Source: Haliotis cracherodii (lineage: Eukaryota). Taken from it: DNA of 64,000 bases. Below, piece after piece: positions 37,601 to 57,435 of this stretch. The stretch spans positions 80,786,001 through 80,850,000 of the forward strand of contig NW_027266264.1 in NCBI RefSeq assembly GCF_022045235.1. The letters run 5' to 3'. Below the pieces are notes generated by a model. It did not search any database. It saw only the letters and a list, made by a program, of their open reading frames with translations, and was not told where the DNA came from. The position numbers were made by a program, and so were the translations under genes. Each line of letters starts with the position of its first letter. Position 1 is the stretch's first letter.

Positions 37601-39801
37601 ATGCTTGTCGTTCCCTATAGTAGCCCATGCTTGTCGCCCCATATTAGCCCATGCTTGTCGTCCCCTATAGTAGCCCATGCTTGTGGTCCCCTATAGTAGC
37701 CCATGCTTGTCGTCCCCAGTTCCTAGCAGACACTAGGTACTGTTGCGCCTTATGAAGACATTCACTCAGTGATGAGCTAAGGAACAGATTGCACAAGTCT
37801 GTATTCTATTTGTAGCACAGCATTTGGCAGTAACGTCGCTCTGTCGGAAAGGAAGTTCCACAAACTAAAAGTAACCAATGAAGGCAGAGTAACGCAGAGA
37901 TTCCCCACCGTCCTCAGCAGCATCTGCGGTGTCGACACCACCTACTTCCCCTTTGACAAACAGCGATGTCCACTCAAGTTTGGCTTGTGGCTTCACGATG
38001 ACGACATGGTGACCTTGACAAGCGACCAGACAGGGGACACCACGTCGTATCTCGAGAATGCTGAATGGTTCCTCACCGGAATCGATGCAGAGAAGAAGCC
38101 ATATTTGTACAATGGTTTAGTCTACAGCACTATCACGTACAGTGTGTCCATACAAAGACGACCGGCGTTCTTCATGCTGACGTTGTTCTTCCCATGTTTT
38201 CTCCTCAGTAGTATGTCCATCCTCGGGTTCTTCCTCCCGCCAACTTCAGGGGAGAAGGTCGCGCTGCAGGTCACCCTGCTGCTGTCCCTGACAGTGTTCC
38301 TGTTCCTCACCATAGATACGCTGCCACCAAACTCCGAACCATTGCCACTTATGTGTAAGTACAGAAATAGTGACTGGACATGTCACTTGAAGATCCACCA
38401 CTAGACCACTAGCATTCGTCAACACTCGCCCCTTTCTGTAACCTGCAAAAAGACTCGTCCCCCTATCGATGATTGTCATGTGCGAAAATACGACAAAATC
38501 AAAAATCCGCATTTGACTTCAAGTTCTTCGGTCAAAGAAACCCTCGGGAATAATTTTTGATTTTACATATGTCTTGCATCTAAAAATATACCAAAGATAC
38601 AGTTATATGTGTTCAATCATGCTGTATAATACCGCATGTCCCGATGTGCTTTAAATTGAATCCGAAATTATAATATTTTTGGGGATATATACGTGAATCA
38701 TTGCTCAACGAGTAGACAATTCTTTTAGCTATGCCCCTTTGCGCTTAGACGGAACCTGGTCGCTAAAATGGCCACGAGAGGGGCACGAGTCAGTATTCGG
38801 CTTGTCCCCGAATAACACGAGTTGGTCACGAATGGACCACTAAGTCGGTCAGGGCCCAAGAACCCATTGCTTGTCGTAATAGCCGACCAATGAGGAGTGC
38901 TTATGTGGCCTGGGTATTTGGCCGCTTACGATGCGGGTTTTTGTTTATGCTGTCAATCACTTGTTTGTCTGGACCAGACGATTACTTTCAGGTTGCAGTG
39001 ATAAAGTTGTAACAGCGTTGCCCCGGCGTAAAACAACACTTATGTTACAAATTATTCATATTAGCGGGTGGACTCTGGCATTTTATACACCTTAATGACA
39101 GGTATCGTGTATTTTATATTGCAGGCGTGTACTTCGTGTTGGTGATCATGCTTGCAACCACGTCTTGCGTCCTCGCTGTTATTGTTCAGAAAATTCACCT
39201 GAAAAGCAAACAAGGCTGGAAGGTTCCTCCTCTGGCACGAACTGTCATCATCCACTGGCTTGGTCGTCTGTTGCTGATGAAGAGGCCACACGTTCGCAGG
39301 AAACATACAGATGTACGAGAGTTCAACCAACAAGTCTACAATTTATTTATTTTTTATCCTTGGTATCAAAGTCAAAGCTACAGAACTGAAAATTATTAAT
39401 AGTTTGGCTTTAAAATGTATTGGATGTTTAGTTCCTTTGATCAAGATATGTTTTAAGTTTTAACCATTCCATGTTCTGAAGTTTGGGTGTTGTATATCCA
39501 GGAGGACCTTGAAGCAGAGAGAGGGGGCAACACCGTCGGTATTCAGAAAACTCCAACAGCAGAAACATCAGATGCACCAGCACCGTCAACATTACCTAGG
39601 GAGTATGGGGCTTTCCGGGAGATACTGACGGGCCTCGAGCAGCTGCTGAAACTCCATAAAGGGGAGGGGGCAACAGACGACACTGCCGAATATCAGGACT
39701 GGCTAACCATTGCATCTATCCTTGACAGATTCTTCCTGATTCTCTCTGTAGTCATTTCGGTTGTCTTATCAACCGTCTTCCTTATCCATTTTTCCGTTTG
39801 A
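31609..39801 (+). CDS. Nicotinic acetylcholine receptor-like subunit (non-alpha, cation-type), 455 aa; exons 31609-31678, 33069-33184, 36256-36300, 36530-36639, 37816-38354, 39125-39312, 39502-39801
   Basis: Signal peptide; typical 45- and 110-nt exons (QILTTNLW; W.D.RL.W...IWTPDV.LY); Cys-loop CGVDTTYFPFDKQRC; GEK before M2; W...A.ILDR before M4; phases join to 1368 nt. The donor at 39312 is the least certain. Confidence 0.9.
31925..32560. repeat. 42-bp minisatellite (dimer of about 21-bp halves) in nAChR intron 1
   Basis: GG(G/A)TATTGGGGACGGTTAGCATGGGG(AAG/TAC)TGGGGACAATCAT, about 14 copies. Confidence 0.95.
33340..35995. repeat. 2.65-kb modular G-rich repeat in nAChR intron 2
   Basis: Shuffled modules GTAGTGGGGTGGGAGGGTGGC / GTGATGATGGGGTGG / TAGGGGGGTATT / CTGGGTGGCAGT; very strong G skew. 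Confidence 0.95.
36721..37718. repeat. 26-bp minisatellite (CCCATGCTTGTCGTCCCCTATAGTAG) in nAChR intron 4
   Basis: Directly visible, about 38 copies. Confidence 0.95.
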
Positions 39802-40221
39802 ACACCATCTGAAAAAGGAATGGTACCTTTGCGTGTACCGTTTGACAATCTGGATTGTCTCCCTATGGCTCTTACACCTGACAACACAATATTTATCTAT
39901 TTCCCAACCGCAATAAGGATGTCCTAGCTTTTAACTTACATTTTATGAAGAGTTTAATATTAATTCTACGTTTAGCCAGCCTTAACCACGTATTCTCTAT
40001 CAAAAGTAAAACGAAATGTATATCTTTGTGAAACTTGTTTAAAAATATTTTACATTTGCTGCGAATTTACAAGTTGAGGTAATTTAAAGTGTCAATGACC
40101 CTGGTCTGAATTCAGCATGATGATGGCTTTTATCATCAAAGAGTTAATACATTCTGAAAGACTGATGTTTCGGTGTTCCTCTGTGTCCTCTTCTGCTCGC
40201 GTAAGACTGACTAATAACCCA

Positions 40222-42308
40222 GCGTGGTCTTGTGGTCTTGTAGTAGAGCGACCGCCCGGAGAGCGGCAGGTCCTGCATTCGATCCCCGGCAGCGTCATAC
40301 CAAAAGACGTTAAGAGATGGTACTTGTTGTTACCCTGTCTGGCGCTCGGCATTAAAGGGCTTAAACAAGGACTGGTCTGTTCGGAGTCAGTATTCTGTGT
40401 CTGAGTGGGGTATTCATTTTAAACTGCGGCATGGTATCTAAGTGGACTAGCACTATAAATCGGCATCAGTCCGGATAAGTTGATTATAAATAGACTCATC
40501 ATTCATGTTTAGATTTTGATTGATTCCATGTTTTCTTACTTTTTCGATTTTGGTTTGTTTTAATGGCGGCCATCTTGCATTTGGCCTATTTTGGGTGTTT
40601 CCCCAAGTCAAGCTTTGGTAAACTATTTGTTTTCTTGAAAGTAGACCTGAACTGAAACGAATTGAAAAAACTTTTCCGTCAATTTTGTTGAACCTTCTTG
40701 AATATACTCTTCAAAAATAGAAACTTGACATAGATGTAAAACCACTTTTTGCCAAATATCTAAAATAATTACATTAAATGAGAACCAAATATAAGTCAAA
40801 CAGAAAGACGATGTGTCTATAATTCGCGAAAACACATGCAAAGCACATAAACGTAGCGTTTGGGGATCAATGTTACAGCTTCATCCAAACGCAACCGCCT
40901 GTAAAAAACGTGCAGCACAGGATCCTGCATTTAGGCATGCAGTCCCCCTGCTGAATGGGTATAAAAATCCACATCAACGGCTGTTCATACAGTCCTTATA
41001 ACGGCAGTAGAGGCGGTGACCGAATGCTAAGACTGAATGCAGCTCAACGGAACAACGCCATTGGGAGATTACAAGCTGGAGCAACTCAGCAAGAAGTGGC
41101 CAAGAACTTTGGCGTATCCAGAAAGACAATCTCCGCACTGTGGATCCGATACAACAACACCAATAGAGTTGACGACAGACCAAGGGTGACAACCCAAGCA
41201 CAAGAGCGATACATCCGGCTGCGACACCTCTGAGACCGCACTACCACAGCCACGTCTACAACCACACAGATCCCTGGGGTACGCCGAATATCAGATCAAA
41301 CGGTACGCAACAGACTGGGGGAGGCTAGACTTTTTGCACAAAGACCTGTTCGACGTCATGTATTGACCCAACGTAATCTGGCGGACCGTCTAACAGAGGG
41401 TTAGATGGGCATGTGCAAGGTGGAGAAATGTCCTGTTTTCTGACGAGTCCCGTTTCCTACTCACACGTGCTGATTGGCGCGCACGTATCTACATACGTCG
41501 GGATGAACGTTACGCCCCCAAATGTGTGCAGCAGGTTGTCCTATTTGCCGGCGGGAGTGTCATGGTATGGGCCGGAATTCATCACGGCGGTAGGACGCCT
41601 CTCTCGCATGTGGCAGGTGCATTGACAGGTGTGCGTTACAGAGACTTGATCCTACAGCATTACGTTCTTCCTCATGTTAACGTTCATGGCGGACAGTTCC
41701 AGCAGGACAACGCTCGACCGCATATTACACGTGTTTGTCAGGACTTCTTACAGCACAACAACATCCAGACATTACCGTGGCCAGCCGGGTCACCAGATTT
41801 GTCCCCGATTGAGCATCTGCGGGACGAGTTGGATCGACGCGTTCGCAGAAGGAATCCACCGACCCAAACACTTCCGGCGCTTCTTGGTGCACTTCAGCAT
41901 GAATGGTAGCACATCCAACAGCGTGTTATTGACAGCTTGATTGCATCTATGGGTCGCCGGTGTCAAGCGGTGATTGACGTGGTGGGCACAACCGATTCTG
42001 ACATTTTCTGTACCCCTGTGACATTAACTGTATTGTGTACGTGTGTCTGTCTAGGTGACACGATTAATGTTTTGAACATTGTGTACATTGACCTCCAAAC
42101 AGTGTATCAATTATGGTTTCTGTGTCCTATTTTGAAACAATCGCATTATATTACATTTTGAAAGTCGGTGTCAAGTTTCTTTTTTGAAGAATATATAAAC
42201 CTTTGATTACCGGACTACACGCAGCCACACACACGTGTATGCACGTAATAATTTTGGACGCGACGTTAAACCCCATTTCACCTCACCCTACCTCACCTAA
42301 CCTCACCT
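40222..42308 (+). mobile_element. tRNA-type SINE family D split in two (40222-40474 and 42209-42308) by a 1.7-kb insertion
   Basis: Head ATTCGATCCCCGG; body GTCATACCAAAAGAC...ATGGTACTTG...CCCTGTCTGGCGCTCGGCATTAA; the tail TTGGACGCGAC.TTAAAC is contiguous with the body in the 30890 copy. Confidence 0.7.
40703..42196 (+). mobile_element. Tc1-family DNA transposon (DD34E), inactivated
   Basis: About 26-bp TIRs TA.TCTTCAAAAA.AGAAACTTGACA in a TA context; transposase from about 41023 with HTH region, VLFSDESRF, GGSVMVWAGI, FQQDNARPH-(34 aa)-SPDLSPIEH; internal stops and frameshifts. Confidence 0.92.
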
Positions 42309-42444
42309 GGCAGTGATTATCACTGAGTTGAACGCGTACTTCATTCACATCACGGGTGTCATCTGGATGTGGAAGGAAAGCCTGAAGAGATGTACGCCAA
42401 AGACGTTTATCGCTTTGGTGAAACCGATTGATATGGTCCTGACT

Positions 42445-42560
42445 CAACCAAGTCAACGAGACTGACCACACGATCCCATTAGTCGCCTCTTACAAGCATA
42501 GTCGCCTTTTACAGCAAGCATGGGTTGCTGAAGACCTATTCCACCTCGGGTCTCCACGGT
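42445..42560 (-). mobile_element. SINE-like family A, 5' part
   Basis: Reverse complement of the family A head. Confidence 0.8.
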
Positions 42561-43090
42561 CTTGTCCAAAGTGTTTGTGTTTTGGATCATGTTCAATTTG
42601 GTGTTGTTTTTACCACCAGGTTCTTTGAATTGGACAAAACAAGGTTTGAACCACCTTGGAGATGAATGTTGATCATCGTGTCTCATTTATTTCAGTTACA
42701 GGGCCGGGTTCCTGCTCAAAAGTAATATTGCCCTGATAACACTATTGTGCTTTAGTGCTGACTAGTACTTGACGACCATCTTGAATTTTTGTAGATTTAT
42801 CAATAGTCGAAAAAGTTCAGTAATTGTGAATATGTTGTTAGAAACATAATATGGCTCCATGCCTTTTTCATCAAAAGATTTAACCTCATCTAAAATAAGG
42901 AAGATTAATAATTGGTGGCCAGATTGGATTATGCGAATAAGACATATTTCCTAAACTGGGATTGCTTGAGACTTTTAGTATGTTATTCTTGGGACCTTGT
43001 GGAAATGCATTGTTATGAAATAAATTCTGTTGCAATTTGTTCCAAGTGAATCCTTATTTGGCCTGGACTGTATGGGGTCCATGACAATCT

Positions 43091-43283
43091 ACCAGTGAAG
43101 ATCCGGGGAAAGAATAGGTCTTCAGCAACCCATGCTTGCCGTAAAAGACGATAAGAGGCGACTAACGGGATCGGGTGGTCAGGCTCGCTGACTTGGTTGA
43201 TGCATGTCATCGTATCCCAAATGCGTGGACCGATGCTCAATCATTGAATTGTCTGGTCCAGACTCGATTACTTACAGACCGCC
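43091..43283 (+). mobile_element. SINE-like family A copy lacking the tail
   Basis: GTGAAGATCCGGGG..GAATAGGTCTTCAGCAACCCATGCTTG head and body. Confidence 0.85.
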
Positions 43284-43852
43284 TTCCGAATTGATACCCT
43301 TTGCCAACGGTGTTAGGGAGGATTTTATCCCAGTTTCGTTAAAGTCCTTCTCTTTCTTGCCGGTCCAAAACGTTCTCTACAGCTCCCGTGAGCTGCCAGT
43401 CACATTAAAAACTCAAGCTGTTCATACTTTTACTGTTTATTAATCTGTGATTCAACAATGCTAAGTGTGATCCCCTTGTATTCCCATTTTAGGCATTCAA
43501 AGACTATATAATAAATATGTGGTGACTACATGACCTACATGCTGATGCAAGATACAAGCATATTTCTATACTGCCATCACACTCAGCTCAACAAGTAGAA
43601 AGCCAGACTATTGAAAGACATATCTGTGTAAATAACATTTTGAATATTAACAAACAATAAATAAACATGTGCCAATAAAAATCAATGATAACCACATACA
43701 TAAAGTCAAAGCATACATATTGTTCTGATATTTCTTTGACATTGAAACATATGTTTGTATTAATTTAAATCAAGAAATATTTAACTCCCAGGTAAAGCCA
43801 CAAACCAAATATTACTATCATGATTCTAAGGGAATACCTTTCTTCCTGAATT

Positions 43853-43853
43853 A

Positions 43854-43891
<38 letters not shown>
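43853..43891. repeat. (ATT)n microsatellite
   Basis: Directly visible. Confidence 0.9.
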
Positions 43892-43892
<1 letters not shown>

Positions 43893-44257
43893 CAACAATT
43901 AGGTGACCATTTACATATTTCATTCTAAGATACATGAACGGCACCTGTGAGTGAACCCAGATATTTCACACAAGGGCTTGTCATTAGGTCTTAATAAAGG
44001 CAGGCAGGTGAGTGAGTGAGTGAGTGAGTGAGTTGATCTCAAGAGTAGTTCGCATTGTGTTACTGGTAGGTTAATATGGGAAAAAGTCCAAAGTAAACGT
44101 GTGTGGCACAGACAGACCAAGAGTCACTATGTTAGCAAATCTGATATTCAAACTCAGGACCATCGGATCCTGGGTTTGGGCCCAGCTCTGCACTGTTCAT
44201 CAGACCACTTGGCCACCTTCACTATAAGAAGGTAGGATGCATGTGGAGGATTCTATA

Positions 44258-45578
44258 CCTAGAACAATGCAATAATACTACAGGAAGAGGCACTTAAATA
44301 GGCTGTGGGTTACTATTCACTAGATGGAGGGATAATAACTGCCTACAGTGAAGGATTCGGAATCTAGAACAATGCAATAATACTACAGGGGCAGACACAC
44401 TTAAATAGGCTGTGGGTTACTGTTCACTAGATGGTGGGATAATAACTGCCTACAGTGAAGGATTCAGTATCTAGAACAATGCAATAAATACCACAGGGAG
44501 AGACACACAGGCTGTGGGTTATTGTTTACCAGGTGGTTGGGGTATTAACTGTCTACAGTAAAGGAGCAATATCTAGAACAATGCAATAAATACCACAGGG
44601 AGAGACACACAGGCTGTGGGTTAATGTTAACCAGGTGGTTGGGGTATTAACTGTCTACAGTGAAGGAGCAATATCTAGAACAATGCAATAAATACCACAG
44701 GGAGAGACACACAGGCTGTGGGTTATTGTTTACCAGGTGGTTGGGGTATTAACTGTCTACAGTGAAGGAGCAATATCTAGAACAATGCAATAACACCACA
44801 GGGAGAGACACACAGGCTGTGGGTTATTGTTTACCAGGTGGTTGGGGTATTAACTGTCTACAGTGAAGGATTCAGAATCTAGAACAATGCAATAACACCA
44901 CAGGGAGAGACACACAGGCTGTGGGTTATTGTTTACCAGGTGGTTGGGGTATTAACTGTCTACAGTGAAGGATTCAATATCTAGAACAATGCAATAACAC
45001 CACAGGGAGAGACACACAGGCTGTGGGTTATTGTTTACCAGGTGGTTGGGGTATTAACTGTCTACAGTGAAGGATTCAATAACTAGAACAATGCAATAAC
45101 ACCACAGGGAGAGACACACAGGCTGTGGGTTATTGTTTACCAGGTGGTTGGGGTATTAACTGTCTACAGTGAAGGATTCAGAATCTAGAACAATGCAATA
45201 AACACCACAGGGAGAGACACACAGGCTGTGGGTTATTGTTTACCAGGTGGTTGGGGTATTAACTGTCTACAGTGAAGGATTCAATATCTAGAACAATGCA
45301 ATAACACCACAGGGAGAGACACACAGGCTGTGGGTTATTGTTTACCAGGTGGTTGGGGTATTAACTGTCTACAGTGAAGGATTCAGAATCTAGAACAATG
45401 CAATAACACCACAGGGAGAGACACAGGCTGTGGGTTATTGTTTACCAGGTGGTTGGGGTATTAACTGTCTACAGTGAAGGATTCAATATCTAGAACAATG
45501 CAATAACACCACAGGGAGAGACACACAGGCTGTGGGTTTTTGTTTACGAGGTGGTGGGATTAACAACTGCCTGCAGGG
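44258..45578. repeat. About 102-bp tandem repeat, about 13 copies
   Basis: TCTAGAACAATGCAATAACACCACAGGGAGAGACACACAGGCTGTGGG...CAGTGAAGGA period; the outermost copies are more diverged. Confidence 0.95.
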
Positions 45579-48311
45579 CAACATACAATTCTGTAATTTG
45601 CAATGTTTCTTAAAATAATAAGATTTCATCTATATTTTTTTCTGTACTTCTTGCTGCCTTTTTCTGCTTGGCTGCACCGACAGCATGAATCTGGCGGCGG
45701 AGGTAGTGTGCACTCAGTCGGATCACCAGACAATGTGGTTTACGTGAACATGATAGACCAAAAACAAACATACATTCAGATTCAGAGGCAGGAAATGATA
45801 CACATAAGCTATGACCATCACAGTTTACAGGTTGCAAATAGTTCATAAAGTTGATTGGACGGCCTTATCACTCTTAAATTATCAAATGTTCAAGAATTGC
45901 TTATAAACACACTAACTCCACATCCCAACATGACTCACAACACTATGTCCCCTCAGAGTCAATAAGCCACACAGAGGAAAGGCCGATTAAGAGTGAGCAT
46001 GAGAAAAAATTGATAAATCTGTGATGGGAAAAAAAATGTAAAACCTGTACATATTATTTTAGCATATATATAATATATACGTATTGAATAGATATTCTCT
46101 ACTGGACGGATATTGTAACAATCATATATGACAATGATGGAACTGTTTATAAAAAAACAATAAATAGACTTTGTATTTCTAACATAACAGTTCAAGACAT
46201 ACTCAACATTATCACAGGGAACGCTGCATTATGTACAATGGCCACACTGGTTACACAAACAGATAAAGCCTGAGAAATTCTCTCAAACACATCATGGAAG
46301 CTATATACATATGTCCATGCTGACTTGCTGTACATGCACTGAAACCTTGTCATCTGAAACTGACCACAGAACCTCATCACACGGAGGTGGCACAGCAGGG
46401 CAAGTGTTCACTCATCACCCTGTAAACCTGGGTTTGATTCCATTGGATGTGACATGGTAGTCATAATGCAGGAATATTGCTAACACCAGAATAAACACAT
46501 TAAACACATCAGACACCCCGCTCCCTCTCTCCCTCTGACGACTGTACTTTTTCCTGCAATAAAGTACGCTTTTTGAGTTACGTCATAAAGGACTGACGTC
46601 ATGGCGCTGTTCAAATTACCTCCCCCATGATCTAGAGTATCCTCCCCCCTGATTAAACGTATATAAGGTCAAACCCTTCAGATGCAAGCGTCCTTGAGCT
46701 TTATCTATAATAGTTCAGGGCAGAACTATACCTTATTACACTATGGGGTAGAGCAAACTTTATTTCTTAAACAAGGAGTCAAATAAATCCTATATTATGA
46801 ATCTTACAACAGGCATTTCACAGTGATTCATCTGAGACAGCAGCAGTAACAATGCTCTCTCTGCTATGAGTTACAAGGACACAGTAGAGATGAGGGAATG
46901 CAATGGTAACCAATGGCAACTGCAGGTTCTGTCAAACAGTGCTACTAGATGACAAAGTTGCGCACATGTATGACTGGTCCCCATATTGTAAGTAAAGAGA
47001 TATGTGGGATTGCACTCTATAAGGCACTCTGAGGCACTCTGTGTTGACATCACAGGGCGGACACAAGTGGACACTCATAACAAATCTCAACACAGACATG
47101 GACATCGTTACAAAACATATTCCAAAACCTGTGTTCACCAGTGAACATTACCCCGGCCTCTTGTTTACAGTTGAAACAATGTAATACAGGGGTTAGGTTG
47201 TCACTGAGGCGTTATCACCAAGTATAAGTAATGTGTTCAACTGATGTGTCCTGTGAAACAAAAATACATTTCAGCCGTATGTGATAATACATTCATCATT
47301 GCATATAAAGAATTAAGAACATCATCACACGAGTGTACATTTCGTATTGTCTCGACAAGCAGATATAACACATGGTACAATAATATCATTTGCATATTTG
47401 ATCTATAACTGATTCACAAATACAGAAAAGCTATTTCACACAATATCTACAAAATCTTCACTGCCACTATGAGAGATCTCTCTAGCAGATAGGTGCTTTT
47501 ATTGATAATCAGTTTAATAAAACTGAACAAAAGCTTATATTTCATAAAAACATTATTAAGTTTTTAAACAATTTTCCATATCTATGTAATTATTTGGAAA
47601 TTAGACTGAAATGTATGCTTAAAAACTGTAAATGTTAAACACTTACAGCTGTTATTTAATTCAAAAGTATTCAGAGAAAACATTCTGCATTACAACTAAG
47701 CAAGCCATCAACAAATGCCCTTTCATTCACTCTTCTAATTGCTAATCGTTACACAGCAGTCAACCATCATGACCACAGATACCATCTACCTTGTAAGTAT
47801 ATACCTGTCCCCAAATCACTGTTATATGTCAATAAATATTATCAAAGCTATAATCCATATATACATATACAAAACACATTGTATTTACAGATACACTGTG
47901 ACCTCATTAACTCCTAGGGAATAAAACAAACCTATCGAGGTATCAGTAGTTCTAGACTAGTGAACTACCATGAGTATAAGGCATTAAGAGGACAAGAAAG
48001 TAGCATCTAAGATGATATATCGAGATGATGGTATTCAAGATTTTCTGTATGTCAATATTTCTGTAATGATTCCAAGGTTTCAAATTTACATTTTTGTGTT
48101 TTGTGTTTTATAATTATAAAAGAAAATGGGATACTTTGTCCAAGCAAGTGATCATTTTATCTTCACATCGGGAAAGCAAGGTGAGACTTGGTCGCTGGTC
48201 TGTTAGTCCGAGACTAGTGAAAATCCAGAGGGACCAAATAATAAACCCAAAATAAATTAGGCCACGCACATCAACAGTCTACTGTTTCCTGATTGGTTGA
48301 TAATAGAATGT

Positions 48312-48430
48312 TTGTTTTGTTTGTTTGTTTGTTTTTTGTTTAACGCCGCACCTAGCAAGTTTCCAACTACATGATGGTGGTCTGTAAATAATCGAGTCTG
48401 GAACAGACAATCCAGTGACTGACTTCATAT
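48312..48430 (-). mobile_element. 3' part of SINE-like family A
   Basis: (GTTT)n tail and TGTAAATAATCGAGTCTGG..CAGACAATCCAGTGA. Confidence 0.75.
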
Positions 48431-49437
48431 ATTCATATAAAAATTGACCTCTATATATTGTTTCATAGAACTGGCAGATCCACAATTCAAAGAAGATAAT
48501 GGTAACTGGTAACTAAGAGATCCAAATTGTAAAGTAAATACAAAAAACAGAAAATACAAAACTAAATAAAACTATTACAACTAGTAAACACACTGGTTTG
48601 TAACACCCAGTGACAAACACTGTACAATAACTACAATGGATACAGCCAACTACATGTAATATTTCCATATTCAGCAACATGTCCCCAACATTTATTATGT
48701 ATCACAGGTGTCAGGATTATGGTTTACAATAACACATTAAATGTTGCATCATCTTGAGACAAACTTCTATGACTATATACATACAGCACTCATGATAACA
48801 TTATTTATATTGTGTGGAGTTTTTTCATATAATGCCACCTTCCTTCCTGAATATCAAACTCAAAACGCAAATAAAAACAATAATACAAAAATAAGCAAAG
48901 TGTCAAAAAGAAAGATGGTGGCCATTGCAGGAACGTATTGTGTTGTGTTCAGACAGACCAGGCAGAAAGACATCCCAGCTAGGAATTGCCAGCTCAGTGT
49001 TTCTTGATAACTGGGTCTACTGATCTGCTGGACCAATAATTTATAGAAGTGGAAGGAAATTGAAATTAGGAAAAGACCTTGTTTATTTTCTGGCAAGTCT
49101 GTTAACAAAAAAATATTGGAAAGTTATAATTCCTTTGATTTGACTTTCAAAACTCTAAGACTCATCTTTCAAAACACATTTTCATTTCATTTTAAATTTA
49201 GATGACAGTTGTGCACATAAGCTCAGATATTATAAATCACCCAGTTTTGCACTAAAAGATTAAGATCAAATGTTGAAACTGATTTTGATCTCTGTTGTAT
49301 TTACCATCTTCTCTAATCATGCTAATATGACATTGTCTGGCAATCAATCTTTTTAAATAAGAATGATCCCACTGTACACTCAAAGGTATCAGATAAGCAG
49401 AGGTTGGGTAACTTTCAGTCACACACACTCTCAGATT

Positions 49438-55689
<6,252 letters not shown>

Positions 55690-55993
55690 CTACAGCTATC
55701 TGGAAAGGATTAGAAATCAAAAGTCATAATGACAAATTAATGACATTGACAACTATTCAACCTATTACTTCTGGAAAAGAATTATTTTGTCCTGAAGAGA
55801 ATTATTGTATTAGAGTAAACCTATTTTTCTATTACTGATAATTATCCTATTGTTCTTAAATACATCATGTGGCTAATCCCAAAATGTTTTTGCATTAATC
55901 CCTCCTAAGTACTAGATTAATGAACCATGTCATTCTTTGTTAGGGATCTTTATTCAAATTACTTAATCCTAAAGATTACTTTCAAGCTATATA

Positions 55994-56691
55994 CAGTCAA
56001 GTCCCGTTAATCCGACATCGATGGTTGCATATGATTATGTTGGATTAACGAGTATGTCGGATAAACGAAATTAAGCAGTATCAACATTCGTGATCGATAG
56101 ATAACAATTCAAACACGTAATAAAAAAACATAAAATAAATATTCATATTTTTATGTTACATTGTTAGCAGAATATGTTTTCTAATCATGCAACCTCTAAA
56201 GTTAAACACAAAACAACTGTTACGGACTGTATGACTTATTCAAAATACTTTAAAAAGCACAGTCTGGAATGGAAGTCGCAACTTTGAAACTGGTACCGCA
56301 AAGCTTAGAAAGCTGCTTTCTAAGTGGCTAACGTTGACTTCCTGTTAGTCATTTCATTGGTAGGTCATAGGTCGCAAAAGGTTGTTTCTTTATTCAAAAC
56401 ATTAATTGTTTATTGTTAAGCAAGTTTATCTCTGCAGCTATGCAGCTACCAGCCGACTCGTCTCACATCAAAACACGGACTGTGTACTCTCAGGTAGATG
56501 ACCACGGAGGCACCCTGATCACTGTGCCGGATTAATGAGACTGATTAATGAGTGATTTCGGTAATTCGTTGCAAATTAGTTGTGTCAGAGTGCGAGACTG
56601 TCAGATTAATGGGTCTAAATAGCACTGATTTAATCGGTTCCCATCATTAGTGTCAGATAAAGCTGATTGTTAGATTAACGAGACTTGACTG
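55994..56691. mobile_element. Tc1/mariner (pogo/Tigger-like) MITE
   Basis: TIRs CAGTCAAGTC.CGTTAATC..ACA with TA on both sides. Confidence 0.85.
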
Positions 56692-57435
56692 TATATAACA
56701 TAAGGCGTCTTGGTAAAAACAAAAGCACAGAGGGAAAGAGAGACATGGATCCAAACCAAACCTTTATTCTTGGCATTTGACACTTACAGCAACATATTGT
56801 CATTCTACATATGGCTAAAAAAAATAATAGTCTTGGTTCTCAGGCACCGCCCGCATCATCATAAAGTCTGCCACACATTTCATTTTTGTTTCCATTTTTA
56901 AAAAAATACTTCACTGCGCATTTCGTCTCATTCTCATGGTGGCAACAGGAGTTTGTATGCTTGTTTATGTAGGGAGGCCATTTCCCATGTTCATTGTACA
57001 CAACTGTTTATTTGGTTACATGTATACTAGTTTGAACAAGCAGAAAAAATAATACCACCGCCGCTTGCACTATATTTTCAAAAGTCATTGCCTGAGAATC
57101 AATTCTTTTATTTTTTTAAGCCTATTGTCCCATGTATGTTAGACTATTAGTTAGAATAAAAGGATTTTAACGCCACCCAACCAATTATGTGGTAAAATGT
57201 TGACCTAGCTTTATTTACTTATTAGATCTATTTGAAAAGACATTCTGATCCACATAGAAATCTGATAGACTAGGTTTTTTGGAGGGGCAGACAGTAAAAA
57301 ATCAAAATGTAAGAAATGTTCTCATGTGATTAAAACCCCAATTGATACATTTATAGCTTGACTCTAAACAACATTACGTTACCCAAAGCTATGTAATTAA
57401 ATAACACTCCAAGGCTAAATATAACGTAACATTAC

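Noticed and set aside
36721-37718. Possible CRISPR-like short repeats
   Set aside because: Head-to-tail 26-mers with no spacers
44258-45578. Possible CRISPR-like array
   Set aside because: Units are contiguous near-identical tandem copies with no unique spacers; eukaryotic context and no cas genes
45610-45846. Short coding-looking GC-richer patch
   Set aside because: No recognisable motif or convincing splice sites
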